Of a stretch of 64,000 bases of DNA, positions 27,158 through 39,952 are shown piece by piece. This DNA comes from Eledone cirrhosa (lineage: Eukaryota), in the NCBI GenBank assembly GCA_964016885.1, contig OZ024740.1, positions 118,792,001 through 118,856,000 of the forward strand, given 5' to 3'. The notes beneath the pieces are model-generated. The model had not been told where the DNA came from and did not search any database. It saw nothing but the letters and a program-made list of their open reading frames with translations. The position numbers and the translations under genes are program-made. The stretch's first letter is position 1. Each line of letters opens with the position of its first letter.

Positions 27158-29899
27158 ATATATATATATATATATATCTTTATATATATATATATATATT
27201 TATATATATCATTATATTTACAATCTCCCACTAGCACAAGATACTTCGTGAAGCAGTGTAATGTTGTGCCACACATTATCTTTCTCAATTATAACTGAAA
27301 TGAATTCCAGAAACAGTGTATACTTATACAGATTTAGTAGTGTGATGGAAATAATGGAACAAATCAATAGGGGTTGTCAATAAAATTAATACAACTAATA
27401 TCAACTAATTAAAAGATCAAATCAATTAATAAAAAAAATATAATATACATAAACACACACACACATACATATATATAATATATATATATATTGAGAGAGA
27501 GTCGAGAGAAAGAGATATTGTGTGTGTGTGTATTTATATGTTTGCAATGTGCATGTAATATGCTACTGTGTTTGCAAGTAGTAGTACAAATAAAATAAAT
27601 AACTCAATATATCTGTTTGAGTAAATATATATTTCATATTTTTAAATTAACTACATTTCCTTTGAAATCATGTAACACAATTATAGTTGGCATTCAGCAA
27701 TGTGAAAGCATGCGTTATGCTGTAAATATTCTACACACGTACAACAATGTCCAACTCAACAAAGAATATTTTTACTGCCATGGATTAAGGGACTTTTCCA
27801 CAGACTTTCATTTTTATCATACCAATTCCATTCATATGTTGTCATTTTCAACAGTAATCCTTTACATCCAGAAGTTGCAATATGCTAACAGTTTGAATTA
27901 CTTCTGAAACTAATAACCATCTTCATATATAATTAATGACATGAAAACTCAAAATGCATGAATCAATATTTACATATATATGACATATCCTATAATACTG
28001 AGTACTCACAATATGCAATATCCACAATACACAACATTCAGTAATATTTTAGCATTCAGTATCTTCACACCTTCCCAAAATGTAAAAGATTTATACCCTT
28101 GGTAGATTATGTACTCCTCCGAAGGATTCATTCACCACAGTTTTGATACTGTTGTTCCATTTGTTGTTTTGTGTCACAACCACCAGTGCTTTAGAAACTA
28201 ATAATATGCTTTTATCACAGCATAAAATGAATGTTCACTCTATTTTGAGAGATTTAGCATCTTCTATAACAAAAATAGCATCCTCTTTTAGGTAATTCAA
28301 ACACATATACAAAGCTTGAATAAATGATCTTGTTGTCATATGCATCATTTATAATGTCATTTCAAAAATCATTTGATGTAGCATTAAAAAAGCGACATGC
28401 TGTGTCATTAACATTTATCTTGTCTATAAATAAAAAAACAACAAAAAAAAAAGCAGTAAGTTTATTTTCAAAGTCCAACAGATTAACAAGTACTTTTACA
28501 AAAAAATATTGAATAGAATGAGAATCTAGGAAATTATGAAAGTTGCTGAATGCTTGTGTTTTCTTTTTGCTCTTTATTTTCAGTAAATAATATTTACTTT
28601 GGTCTTTCAAATAATACCTCCTCCCCATAATCTTATTAATTTTGCTAATCTATCTCAGGCAAAATTTTATTTGAAGTGGTAGCATTTCTGTGACAATTAA
28701 TTTTCTTTATACATTTAACAAACATTATACATGTTAAATAACGTGCATTACTAGAAATCCAATACGTTATAAAATAAATAGGATGGGTTGGGATCTCAAT
28801 ATGTAAATCAAACGCCTAATTCTGTTTTTAAAGAAAATAAATGGAGACAACCTAGAAAAATCAACGATTTTCCAAACACCGCTTATTGCCCACTACCCTG
28901 CTTATTCAAGTTCCCCCCCATATTCCAACCTCTCTGTTTCTTCTGCCCCACCTATTATTTGGGACCTGAGTCTTTCAGCAAGTTTATTAATGCATCAGTT
29001 TTTCTATAAAATGTTCGTCCACGTCTTCTATTTGCTATGGTTCAGCTTTTGCATTTCTTCTTTTCAAACAATAATTGTATTCCCTGCCTTTAACTTGGCT
29101 AGTTTTTCGGAAAGCTTTGTAGCTTCCTTGGTATAAGTTTCAAATTGTTTATGAGATTCTTGATTGGTCAATGAACTGTAAACTTGTTTGCATTCCTTCA
29201 GTAATAAATCGATTTCATTTTGTAAGATATGTAACATGGAAATAAACTTCTGAATATGAAAGCTTTCATATCAACTTCACTTAGAACTGAAACGTTCTCC
29301 TGGTTGCCAACATATGACATACACATTGTTTGTAATAGTTTTTATTCTTAATTTTGCTCTACTCTGCCAACTAACCAATTGATTTTGTGACAATAATTTT
29401 GCTTGCAATATTGAGTTTTCCCTGGCCATTGGTCTGTATATTCTCTAACATAGTGTATATTCTAATATATTAAATTAGTTTTTAACACTGTTACACATTT
29501 TAACTATTAACTCATTTTGTAATTCTTTAACACAATGTGCATATTAATTACCATAGTGTGTGTATATTTGCTACCAAATTGCATGCATTTTTATTAACAC
29601 TAAAAGGTGACACATGAAATATTTGAATGCTGTAATTTTGGACTAAATGCCCAATAATAATTATAGAAAATATAGGATTCAATATCCAACTTAAATGGTG
29701 TATAATAGCCTCCATGCCAAATATATGATATTTTCTAAAATATACAGTGATTGATCGGCCTGATTTGCATATTAACAGGCTGCTTGATCAGTCAGATCTG
29801 CATATTAGCAGACCCACTGATCAACCATATCAGTCACTGCTTATTTTAGAAAATATCATGTATTTTCACTAGCTCTAACAGTTGGTAGGTAAGCAGTGT

Positions 29900-29946
29900 A
29901 CTGTACTGATGAAGGGTATTCACCCAGAAACATTAGTGTCTGCAGT
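29900..29946 (+). ncRNA. Type I hammerhead ribozyme
   Basis: actgta-CTGATGA-a gggt attc accc a-GAAA-ca ttag tg-TC-tgcagt. All three stems close and the triplet is GUC. The base of stem II is A.A rather than G-C. Confidence 0.8.
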
Positions 29947-30083
29947 TCTGTTTACATGCCAACACAAGAGCAAGAATGACCAGGTCACTCTACTGGCATG
30001 GCTTATAGAGGTTGTTTGCATAATTGCTACCAAATCGAATTATTAATATTATTAATATTCGAAAGCCTCAGATTACATTTATT

Positions 30084-30462
<379 letters not shown>

Positions 30463-30466
<4 letters not shown>

Positions 30467-31073
30467 TGGCTGCCAACTCGTTTTCGAGTACGACCACTAC
30501 TTTATATCCATGTAGGAGAACCCCTACCGATGCGCTGAACGAGTGTGACTTCTTAGTCCAGCCAGCGACTTAAAAACTCTGGTACAAACACTACACTTGT
30601 GACAACTATTGACACATAGTGTTGGGCCCATGGTACCATGTGACGACAAGTGCGGAGAGATCTCCAGATATAAAGCAATGCCTGTGCCGTGAAGCTTTTA
30701 TAGTGAGCAAAGGCACTGCACAAAGCCAGTCCCACTCTCTTAACCAAGATGATATTTACCAAAAAGAAGAACTAGTCAACATCATTGGATACCATCAGGG
30801 TTGCAGGTGTTATATCAGAGTTTTCCTTCTCCTAGAATTCTGCCTTGACAAAGGCTAAGGGGTCATCTCTCCCAGTGATTTTGGATGGCCATTGACACTT
30901 AAGAGCTCCTTTGCCCTTTGACAGGTTTTGTTTTTAGTCCTGCAGGATGTCCAAAGTCACCCTCCTCACCAAGAAACCTTGATGGGGTTGCCAGTTTAGT
31001 CGCCAACGACCCGACCATGAGACAGGTTGTACTGGGATACATGTTACCAGTAGCACCAACTGGTGACCTGACA
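30463..31073 (-). mobile_element. ~610-bp bipartite non-autonomous RTE derivative, copy 2
   Basis: Direct repeat of 24186-24795. The C2H2 remnant reads [22 protein letters not shown]. Confidence 0.7.
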
Positions 31074-31081
31074 TATATATA

Positions 31082-34000
31082 TATACGATATTAATAAATG
31101 GAAACTATATTTATAAAACCATATTTATTTCATTATACATATTTCAGGGATACCACATTAAATTATGCTATGCCTTCATCAGACAAAATACAATATATAA
31201 CAGTTTTACAAATAGGTTTGACGTACCCTTTAAAATACAACCATTACTTTTGGAGGCTCTCTGGATAGAGATTTGTATATATAATAAGTCATAGTGTTAA
31301 GCACAATTGGAAAAAGACGGAGAGAAAGAAAGAGAAAAGAGAAAAGAACAAAGACAGAGAGAGAAAGAAAATAGAAAGAAAACCTGGAGAAATATCGGAG
31401 AGAGAGAAATGTATGGAGAAAAGAAAGAGATAGATAAAGATAGGAGGAAATAAAAAAGAAAGAAAAGGAAGGAATAAGAAAAAACAAAGGAAAGCAACAG
31501 AGAGATACCAAGTCATCATACAGAAAGAGAAACTCAAGTGAGAGAAATACTATATAGAGAGAGGGGGACAGTGACAACTTTACGTCATGTCATATTAAGT
31601 TGAGTTAACAATTTATATGAAATGAATAATACAAATATAAATATAAGTATCAATATTCATGAATGGGACATAGATATATAATATGAGAAATTAAACATTG
31701 TTCAATAATGACCACATGTTTAGTTTAGAAACTTGAGATCAATATACCAAAATCTGAGTTCAAAATGTACCCTTGCTATAGAGATTAGTATTTTATGCAA
31801 AGACATACAAATATATATGTATATATACATACATATAGATACGCACGTCCTGAAAATAGAAATTATGTTTACTCAAGCCAACAATATAGCCATACAAAAC
31901 GTAAATGATTTCTCTTAATCACTGCTATACACGCATTGTGATATAAAAATTTCACAGTATATATATACAAATATATACGATTAACAATCATGTCCTCATA
32001 TATACGATTACCATTCATGTGTTTAATATTATGCACATCTGCAACATACCTCGCAACCACATAGATATATACACATACATATATACACATACATATGTAT
32101 AAATAAATATTTGCGTGCGTCCTCATGCATCACTCATGTATATATACAGACACACATACAAACACAAACAATCTATAACACTTTCTATGCATGTTAATAC
32201 ACACATATGCATTTGTATAGAAATAATCCAATATCAATAAATTACCAAAGGATTATAATTTGTAAATATAACCATAACAATATAAATTTAAAATACCAAA
32301 GGAATATATTTTGGAAATGCAACTATATAGTCAAAAGAAATCTAGAATATCAAAGCATTAAATATCATTAAAACACTATACAGTATCTTAAGTTAAGATA
32401 ATATGTTCTATATATTTAGTATAGAAATTTATCCTACGTATATCTCAATCAAGATATTGAGAGGGTAGACTTGTGAAAGTTATGAGAAGCTATCATAATC
32501 AAAACAAATAAACATAATTTAAAAGATTTAAAAAATTTAAAAAACCCAATGATTCTACAGATAACCTTATATTTAATATAGAAATTTACCTTACGTATAT
32601 TATATTTAATACATTGGAAGTATAGACATTTTAGAGTAGTTTATTATATCCATGTTTATATTTAGGAAGAAAGTTTAAAAAGAAAAAGGTGAAGGAATCT
32701 AATGGATTATCGACAGGTTCTATATATTAACTAAAATTACTTAATTAATTATACTACATTTTAAATTTATATTTATATTTAAACGTTGAGTTCAATCTAT
32801 GTCTGCAGCAACTGAATAAATTGTTCCTCAGATTAAGGGAATTTTTGGACTTTAATATAAAGAATATTTCTTCAATACAAAGATCACAATTTTCTGAAGA
32901 GGAATTAAAAGGAGTAGCTTATGAAATAATATTCCAATTCATCGAATATTTAATATTATCCCGTTTTAGGTCCCATAGTAAGCGAAGTTGAAGATTTTTT
33001 GTTTGGATCTGTGAAAGAATTCTTATGATTATTGAAGCGAAGTTTAAATTCTGTAGAGGGGGAACCAACATAGTTAAATGAATTTAAATTAGTTTTAACA
33101 TTACAATTGTACACTACATTTTTAGCTAAGCAGTTGTTACTTAACGGACAGTTAGATTTATGTCTACAGTTACAGTTATTTAATTGAATATTGTTTGGGT
33201 TATTATTGGTATTTTGGTTAGGTTTTAAATTCCTATTATTAATTCTATTAATATTTTGTGCTAAATTTTTGGTGGACGAGTAAGTTAATTTTATAGTGTG
33301 TCTATTAAAAATTGACTGATATTTATGTTTTATAGGGAAGCGTGTGTCAAGAGCTTTAAAGAATAGTTTAGCAATAGGGGTTTTAATATTTAGTGAGAAA
33401 GGGGGAGCAAACCATAATATATTTCTAGTTCTATTTCTTTTTCGGCTTTTGGAATTATTGTAATGTTTTCTATTATAGTTGTTAAAGTTGTTACCGTAAT
33501 TGAAATTGTTATTATTTTGGTTAGTTTGCTTATTATTATTATTATCGATGTATTTAATTTTATTTCTATATCCAGCTCTAGCTAATGCTTCGTTGTAATA
33601 CTGCGCTTTTTCATCAAATATATTTTTATTAGATGAAATTCTTGAAATTCGTTCTTGAACAGAGTTCACTATAGTATTTTTAACAGATCTGGGGTGATTA
33701 GAGTTAAAGTTGACATAATTCAAGTTCTCATTTAGTTTGTGAAATGGATAATGAAGACATGTGTTGAGATTTAGTGTTACATCAAGAAAATTGACTATTC
33801 TATGGTTATTCTCTATTTCTATTTTTAGATTAAGGTAATTAAAAAATTGTATAATTTGTTTTCTTTTTCTATTTAGTTCACAGCTATTATCTTCTATAAG
33901 TAAAAGCATGTCATCACGATATAAACCTCCGGTTACACCTGGTATTTTTCTATGTAGCGAATTAATTATAAATAGGCCCACAAGGTCCGTTACCTGAGCT

Positions 34001-34989
34001 GAGTCTGATGATCCCATAGTTATGTCGAAATTATTATTTCTATCTGCCCTAGTCCAGAGTTAGTTATTAAATTCTATCAATGTTTTCCTTGCCGATAATA
34101 TAATGTGCATTTCATTGCTAGTTAGGTCAGTATATTTAAATGCGTAATTTAGAGCCTTATTCAGTAGATTAGGAGTGATAGATGAATAGTAGTTAGCAAT
34201 ATCCAGCTGAATAAACTTATTATTACAGTTATATTTAATTTCTTTAAACCAATCAATAACCTCACTAGTCCCTTTCCATAATTTTAAGTAAGATAAATTA
34301 GGTAAGTTTATAATTTGTTGTATTACCCTGTCTAGAATATTTTTGCTAAGTTTTCCCAGGTCAGATTTGGATGGTGCAATTAATCTGACTGGTAAATAAT
34401 TTTCAAAGTTTCTTTTGTGATCCTTCATATTGATCTTGGGTTTCCTAGGCATGAAGGGTTGTGTTTTATTCTAAATGTCTAATTCATACATTATACAAGA
34501 TGCATCTGTATTAAGGTTTTCAAGTTCATCCTTAGTTGCTACCTTGTACTTTTTCCTTAGTTCTTTCAATATAAGGTCGTTATACATGTCCTTTGGTACT
34601 CCATAAAGGTTGTTAGTTTTGTCCGACTTCACTAAAATTTTCTCTGTTTTCTCCAGGTTTTCAATATTATCCTTAATACATCTTAAGTAGTCCTGGCCTT
34701 TGAAGTTTCTCTTGAATTTGATGCCTTGGATGATAGATACTATATCGTTTTCAAAATCCATTGGTAGTTTGTTGGGGGGTGGATTTTTTTAGATTTGAAA
34801 ATTTTGTCCAGATTCGAAACATTTTCATTTAGATTAGATTTATCAAAGTGGAAAGCACGCCACCTGATTCTTCTCATAAAAGAGTCTGATTTTTCTATTA
34901 ATTGTTTAATAACATCTTTGTTCCTAGGTAGTTATATCAGTTATAAAAATATTTACTTGTTGTATCCCAACAACTTTAAATAGAACTTT

Positions 34990-34990
<1 letters not shown>
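31082..34990 (-). mobile_element. Penelope-like retroelement, near-full-length ORF (disrupted) plus long 3' region ending in an HHR
   Basis: LIEKSDSFMRRIRWRA, VKSDKTNNLY, PVRLIAPSKSDLGK, FIQLDIANYYSSI, DITMGSSDSAQVTDLVGL, GLYRDD, VNFLDVTLNL, CNCRHKSNCPLSNNCL, GIY-YIG NVVY...YVG...FKLRFNNH, and CDLCIEE...CCRH. Confidence 0.92.
31126..31190 (-). ncRNA. Type I hammerhead ribozyme in PLE 3' pseudo-LTR
   Basis: tattttgt-CTGATGA-aggcatagcataatttaatgtggtatccct-GAAA-tatgta-TA-atgaaata. Confidence 0.8.
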
Positions 34991-35059
<69 letters not shown>

Positions 35060-35703
35060 TATATATTCTCAACTCTATGCACATGCATTTATATTTTTAT
35101 GTGTGTTTGTGTATATTGGTATCAATCCCAAACTTAAATTGATAAAAACTTAGTCACATCTGATTGGCGAAATAAACAAGGACATTCCCAATGTATATGC
35201 ACACAGATAGATAGCAAAAAGGCACATAGTTATCATCATCATCACCATTTCACTTCAATTTTAGATGGTGGTTACATGCTGGTGCCAGACCAGTCAGGTG
35301 ATTAGGTGCTGCTAGTGTTCTTTGTTTTGGCTTGCTTTCTGCAGCTTGATGCCCTTCCTAATACTAAATATATAGACAGATAAGTAGATATATATATATA
35401 GAGAGAGAGTGATGCATATATTTATAGAAATGAACCCGCATATATGTATGCACAAACACACATGCATATACATACTGAATCTCTCATACATAGATAGATA
35501 TATAAATATTTATCTATATGCATATCATCATCATCAGCATCACCGTTTTACGTCCATTCTTCCACGCTAGCATGGGTTAGATGGGTTGTCCTGTTGTGGG
35601 CAGTGTCCAGTCAGCTGAGCTTGTCTTGCTCATACGCGAACTGATTCTGTCTTGAGTTCTACAGCTGGATGCCCTTCCGAACCGTATATATAATGATACA
35701 TAC

Positions 35704-35735
<32 letters not shown>

Positions 35736-36702
35736 CCCAATAGCTTGTTTTAGTTATTGTTCGCGCTAGCCTGAGAAGAAATACCTATGATGGCTAGTAG
35801 ACCACTAATGATGGATAGTCCTGGCTTCTATTTCTAATTCTTCATTTTAATTTGTATATATATATAAGTTATTCCGGGTTCAATCGGGGGTAACCACAGT
35901 AAGTAAGGTACTCAATACATAGCAGAGTATAAATGTTTAATATAGAAAAGCTTTTACAGGACTAGAGCATTTTCATTCGTGAGAAATCATCAGGAAGCTG
36001 ACTGTCCACGTAAATATGGCGGTATATTTTTCTGGTGCTAGGAGAGGGTGGGGATTGGGATGGGTGGAGGTCATTGGTTGATGGGTTTAAAGAAAAGGGA
36101 ATTCATTAAAAGCTAATTCTTTAAAGCTATCATTTATATTTAGAGTGACAAAGGCAGAAAGTTCAGATTGGAATACCACTCCTTATTTTTAAGTTTCTCT
36201 TAAGCTAACAATGCCTGTGTGCCAGGTGTCTACAGGATGGGTGGAGGTCATTGGTTTAAAGAAAGGGGAATTCTTTAAAAGCTAATATTTTAAAGCTGAA
36301 TTTAGAGTGACAAAGGCAGAACAAATTCTATAAACATGTTCAAGTTTGGGGTGCTTCTCCTTATTGTTAAGATTCTCTTAAGCTATATTCCACATCAACA
36401 ACCTCAAAGCTTTGGGCCAAATGCCACTGGCAGGGTGATTAGCAGTAAACTATAACCTTGTCATATTACAGACGTGGATGGGGTGATTGTTTGGTTGAGA
36501 GAGGGACTTGCCTAGGTGAGTTTTCGTAGAACTTTGAGGTTGTTGATGGTCAACTTCCTTCGGAGTTGTGCCTGCACAGACTGGTGGGGGTGAATTGGGA
36601 CTCACAAGGGAACAGGCAAATAATTCAAGAGCAAACGCTTTGTCCGTTCCAATGTCGATTCAATTTGGATTGACTCAGAAACATAACCTTATTTTGTAAG
36701 AA

Positions 36703-36766
36703 GCTGTCTGATGATGTCACGGCACTGGGTACACCGAACTGTCGTCATTGAAATATGTATCACAGC
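36703..36766 (+). ncRNA. Type I hammerhead ribozyme
   Basis: gctgt-CTGATGA-tgtcacggca...tgtcgtcatt-GAAA-tatgta-TC-acagc, with triplet AUC. Confidence 0.8.
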
Positions 36767-36916
36767 ATTATCATTAAAGGACTTTAACATATGAAACTAC
36801 TTCGCTTTTTCTTATTCGATATATACTCCGTCACTCCTATGTGGAAAAAGTACGTTGAGTGCTTGAATTGAATTGCATCAATGTTTACCTTAAGTATATA
36901 TATTTATATATATATA

Positions 36917-38373
36917 CTAGCAGTGGTATCCAGCGTTGCACGGGATAAGGTATTTTGGAAGGCGGGCGGCTAACAGACCTAATCGTGGAAAAACTGCATG
37001 GCTGGACAATGTGTAAACCGAATACTCTGATGGCTGGATAATCTTTAAGATTTTCCTCGATGAAGCAGGAAATATTCAGGTTTTCACCTAATGCGGGCTC
37101 TAGGGCATCAAGAAAATGAATTTTTTTTATGTGCATAATATGCCTTGCAATTTCGGCAAAATCGGCTAGACGAAACGCCTAAAAAAAGCCCTGAAAAGCT
37201 GAAAAAATGAAGTTTTTCACCTAATGTGGGCTCTTGGATTTTCTTTGCTCATGGTATGAAGGTGAGACTAACTAATACATAGTTACAATTTCAAGGAAAT
37301 CGGTCTGACGTAACGCCTCAAAATACCCCTAAAAAGCTGAAAAAACACAGTTTATCACCTAATGTGGGCCATAGGGGATCAAAAGGTTGAATTTGTTATG
37401 TGCATAACACTCCCTGAAACATAACGAGGGCCGCCAACAGACCTAATCGTGGAAAAACTGCATGCCTGGACAATATGTAGAGAAAATAAACCGAATAATC
37501 TGATGCAATTAGTATTAGGTATGCTTCTCCTTCCACGTGGAGAAAATCGGCTGGGTGCTTTTGTACTTTAATAAAGTGGCATGAGTCAGCAGGACAGATG
37601 TCACCACTTATGTCAGAGGGAAGTCTGCAATGCTTGAGCAAGGTAAGACGTGCAATCAGACAGTCGCTCCACTAAAAGTTGGATTTTCTTTACTCACGGT
37701 ATGAAGAGAGACTGACTAATACATAGTTACCGGCTTTCATTTTTAGTGTTGTGTGAAATATATAACCGCCTTAGCTAAGCTTAGTATTGCCACAACCAGG
37801 GCTGGCAAAGAAGTAAGGGTCTGGTGGTACGTAAGTAAGCAACACTGTAGCTTAAAACGTGAGGAAGAAGTTGTGTGCACTTACCAACTGTTTGCGGAAT
37901 GAGTGTGAGATTTGTCTTGAGCAAGGGTGGCGGAATAACTGGAGGCAGTGGGCCGTAAGTGGAAAATCTGCATGCAGGGGGAATTTTGGGAAGTGACGTA
38001 ATGCAGATAGCCAGACATACAGACAAATATTATATGGGCGCGTTCCGGACGCAGAGGGAATTGTGGGAAGTGACGTAATGCAGACAGCCAGATAAACAGA
38101 CATATATTATAAGGGCGTGACCTTATATGTATGTATCTACCTAAAAAGAGAAAGACTAAGAATTATAGAGGGAGATCGCTAAATCACCAAATGCGGTCCC
38201 TAGGGCATTGAAAATTTAAAATTTATATTGCTCAGAACACTCCCTGAAACATACGAATTACATGTGCAAAATTTGAAAACAGTCGGTTGGGTGCTTCTCG
38301 AGTTTTAGGTATTCAAACTCTCTCTCTCACACAAACACACACAGACAGACATGCTCAGTTTTATATATGTAGA
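36917..38373 (-). mobile_element. Non-autonomous Helitron
   Basis: The minus strand starts 5'-TCtacatatataaaact and ends with hairpin cccgtgcaacgctgg...CTAG-T. Internal subrepeats include tcacctaatg(c/t)ggg x3 and 36971-37020 ~ 37435-37480. Confidence 0.65.
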
Positions 38374-38901
38374 CTAGCAGAAAACCACCCGTGGGCGGTT
38401 TTCTGCTAGTCTATATATATATTACACACACAGAAATGTATATATATTTCTGTGTGTGTATATATATATATATATATATTACACACACTGAAATGTATAT
38501 ATATTTCTGTGTGTATATATATATATTTCTGTGTGTGTATATATATATATTATACACACACAGAAATGTATATATGTTTCTGTAGCACTCCTCAATTCCC
38601 CCTTCTCTCCCTCCCGCTATCCCCCTCTTGTAGTCTGTCTCTTTCTTTCACTCTCTTTCTTTCACTCTCACTCTCTCTCTACGCGTGCGCAAAAAAACAT
38701 TCGCACGCGCGCACGTGTTTTAGCGTCTATTCACTCTCTCTCTCTCCCGCTCTCCCTCCTACTATCCCCCTCTCGTAGTCTGTCTCTTTCTTTCACTCTC
38801 ACTCTCTCTCTACGCGTGTGCAAAAAACATTCGCACGCGCGCACGTGTTTCCACTGTCTGACAGACAGACAGAGAAATTGCTGGTTATATATTATAAGGA
38901 G

Positions 38902-39247
38902 ATAACTAACAAATAGTTTATCGCTCTACATGGCTGAATACAATTAATGTACTCTGAGTTTTTTTAATATTAATAATAATATTCGATTCATTTGCAATTA
39001 TGCAAGCAACCTCCTTTTAAGCTCTGTCAGAAGAATGACCCTGCCATTCTTGCTCTTATATTGGCATATAAACATGTTTACATGCCAATACAAGAGCAAG
39101 AACGATGGGGTCATTCTACTGACATGGATTTCAAAGAGGCAGCTTGCATAATTGCAAATGAATCGAATATTATTATTAATATTTGAAAAACTCAGATTAC
39201 ATTTATTGTATTCAGCCATGTAGAGTGATAAACGATTTGTTAGTTAT
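38902..39247. repeat. ~345-bp imperfect spacerless palindrome
   Basis: Centred on aaacatgttt (39070-39079). The arms are diverged reverse complements, and the right arm is homologous to 29949-30083. Confidence 0.9.
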
Positions 39248-39269
39248 ATATATATAAATATATATATAT

Positions 39270-39908
39270 ATCATCATATCATCATCTTCGTTTAGCGTCC
39301 ACTTTCCATGCTAGCATGGGTTAGACGGGAGATGTCCCACTTGAGGCAAGTTGGTCGATTGACCGTGTCTCGCTCATATAGGACATTCTGGCAGGTTTTC
39401 TACGGCTGGATGCCCTTCCTAACACCAACCACATTTACAGTGTGGAACTGGGAACTTTTTACCGTGTTACCTACATGACCACATTACAGCGTGGACGGTG
39501 TGTTTTTTTCTCGTGACACCTACACGACCTCATTTATTTCGGACTGGATGTTGTGGTACCACTTTATAGAGAGAGGGTGGTGTTGGTGGGAGTGGGAGGA
39601 TAGGGTAGGGGTAGTGGATTGGGGTGTATATTTTGTTAAGAGGTGCCTACTGACTAGGTTTCGCTTTGTACATAGGGAAGGCGGCTCTTCTGTATTACTG
39701 CGTAGCGCCAAAGATCTCGGTCCAGTGACATTGTCTTAGAGAGGTGCAAGTGTGTAAGGTCAGAATTTATCAGATCTTCCCAGGTTTTTCTGGGTCTACC
39801 TACTCCGTAACTACCATCAATTTTGATCACCCTGCACTTTTTAATACAGCTGTCGTCTTTTATGCGCATCACATGGCCATACCAACGTAGTCTTCTCTCG
39901 AGTAAACA

Positions 39909-39910
<2 letters not shown>
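39270..39910 (-). mobile_element. RTE LINE 3' fragment
   Basis: CLLERRLRWYGHVMRIKDDSC..., 3' UTR and a (CAT)n tail. The 5' end abuts (TA)n. Confidence 0.9.

Positions 39911-39949
<39 letters not shown>

Positions 39950-39952
<3 letters not shown>

Noticed and set aside
32956-34990. Selenocysteine-recoding PLE (as known for some Naiad elements)
   Set aside because: The domain order is RT then EN, and the interruptions I checked are TAA/TAG stops and frameshifts rather than in-frame TGA at Cys positions.
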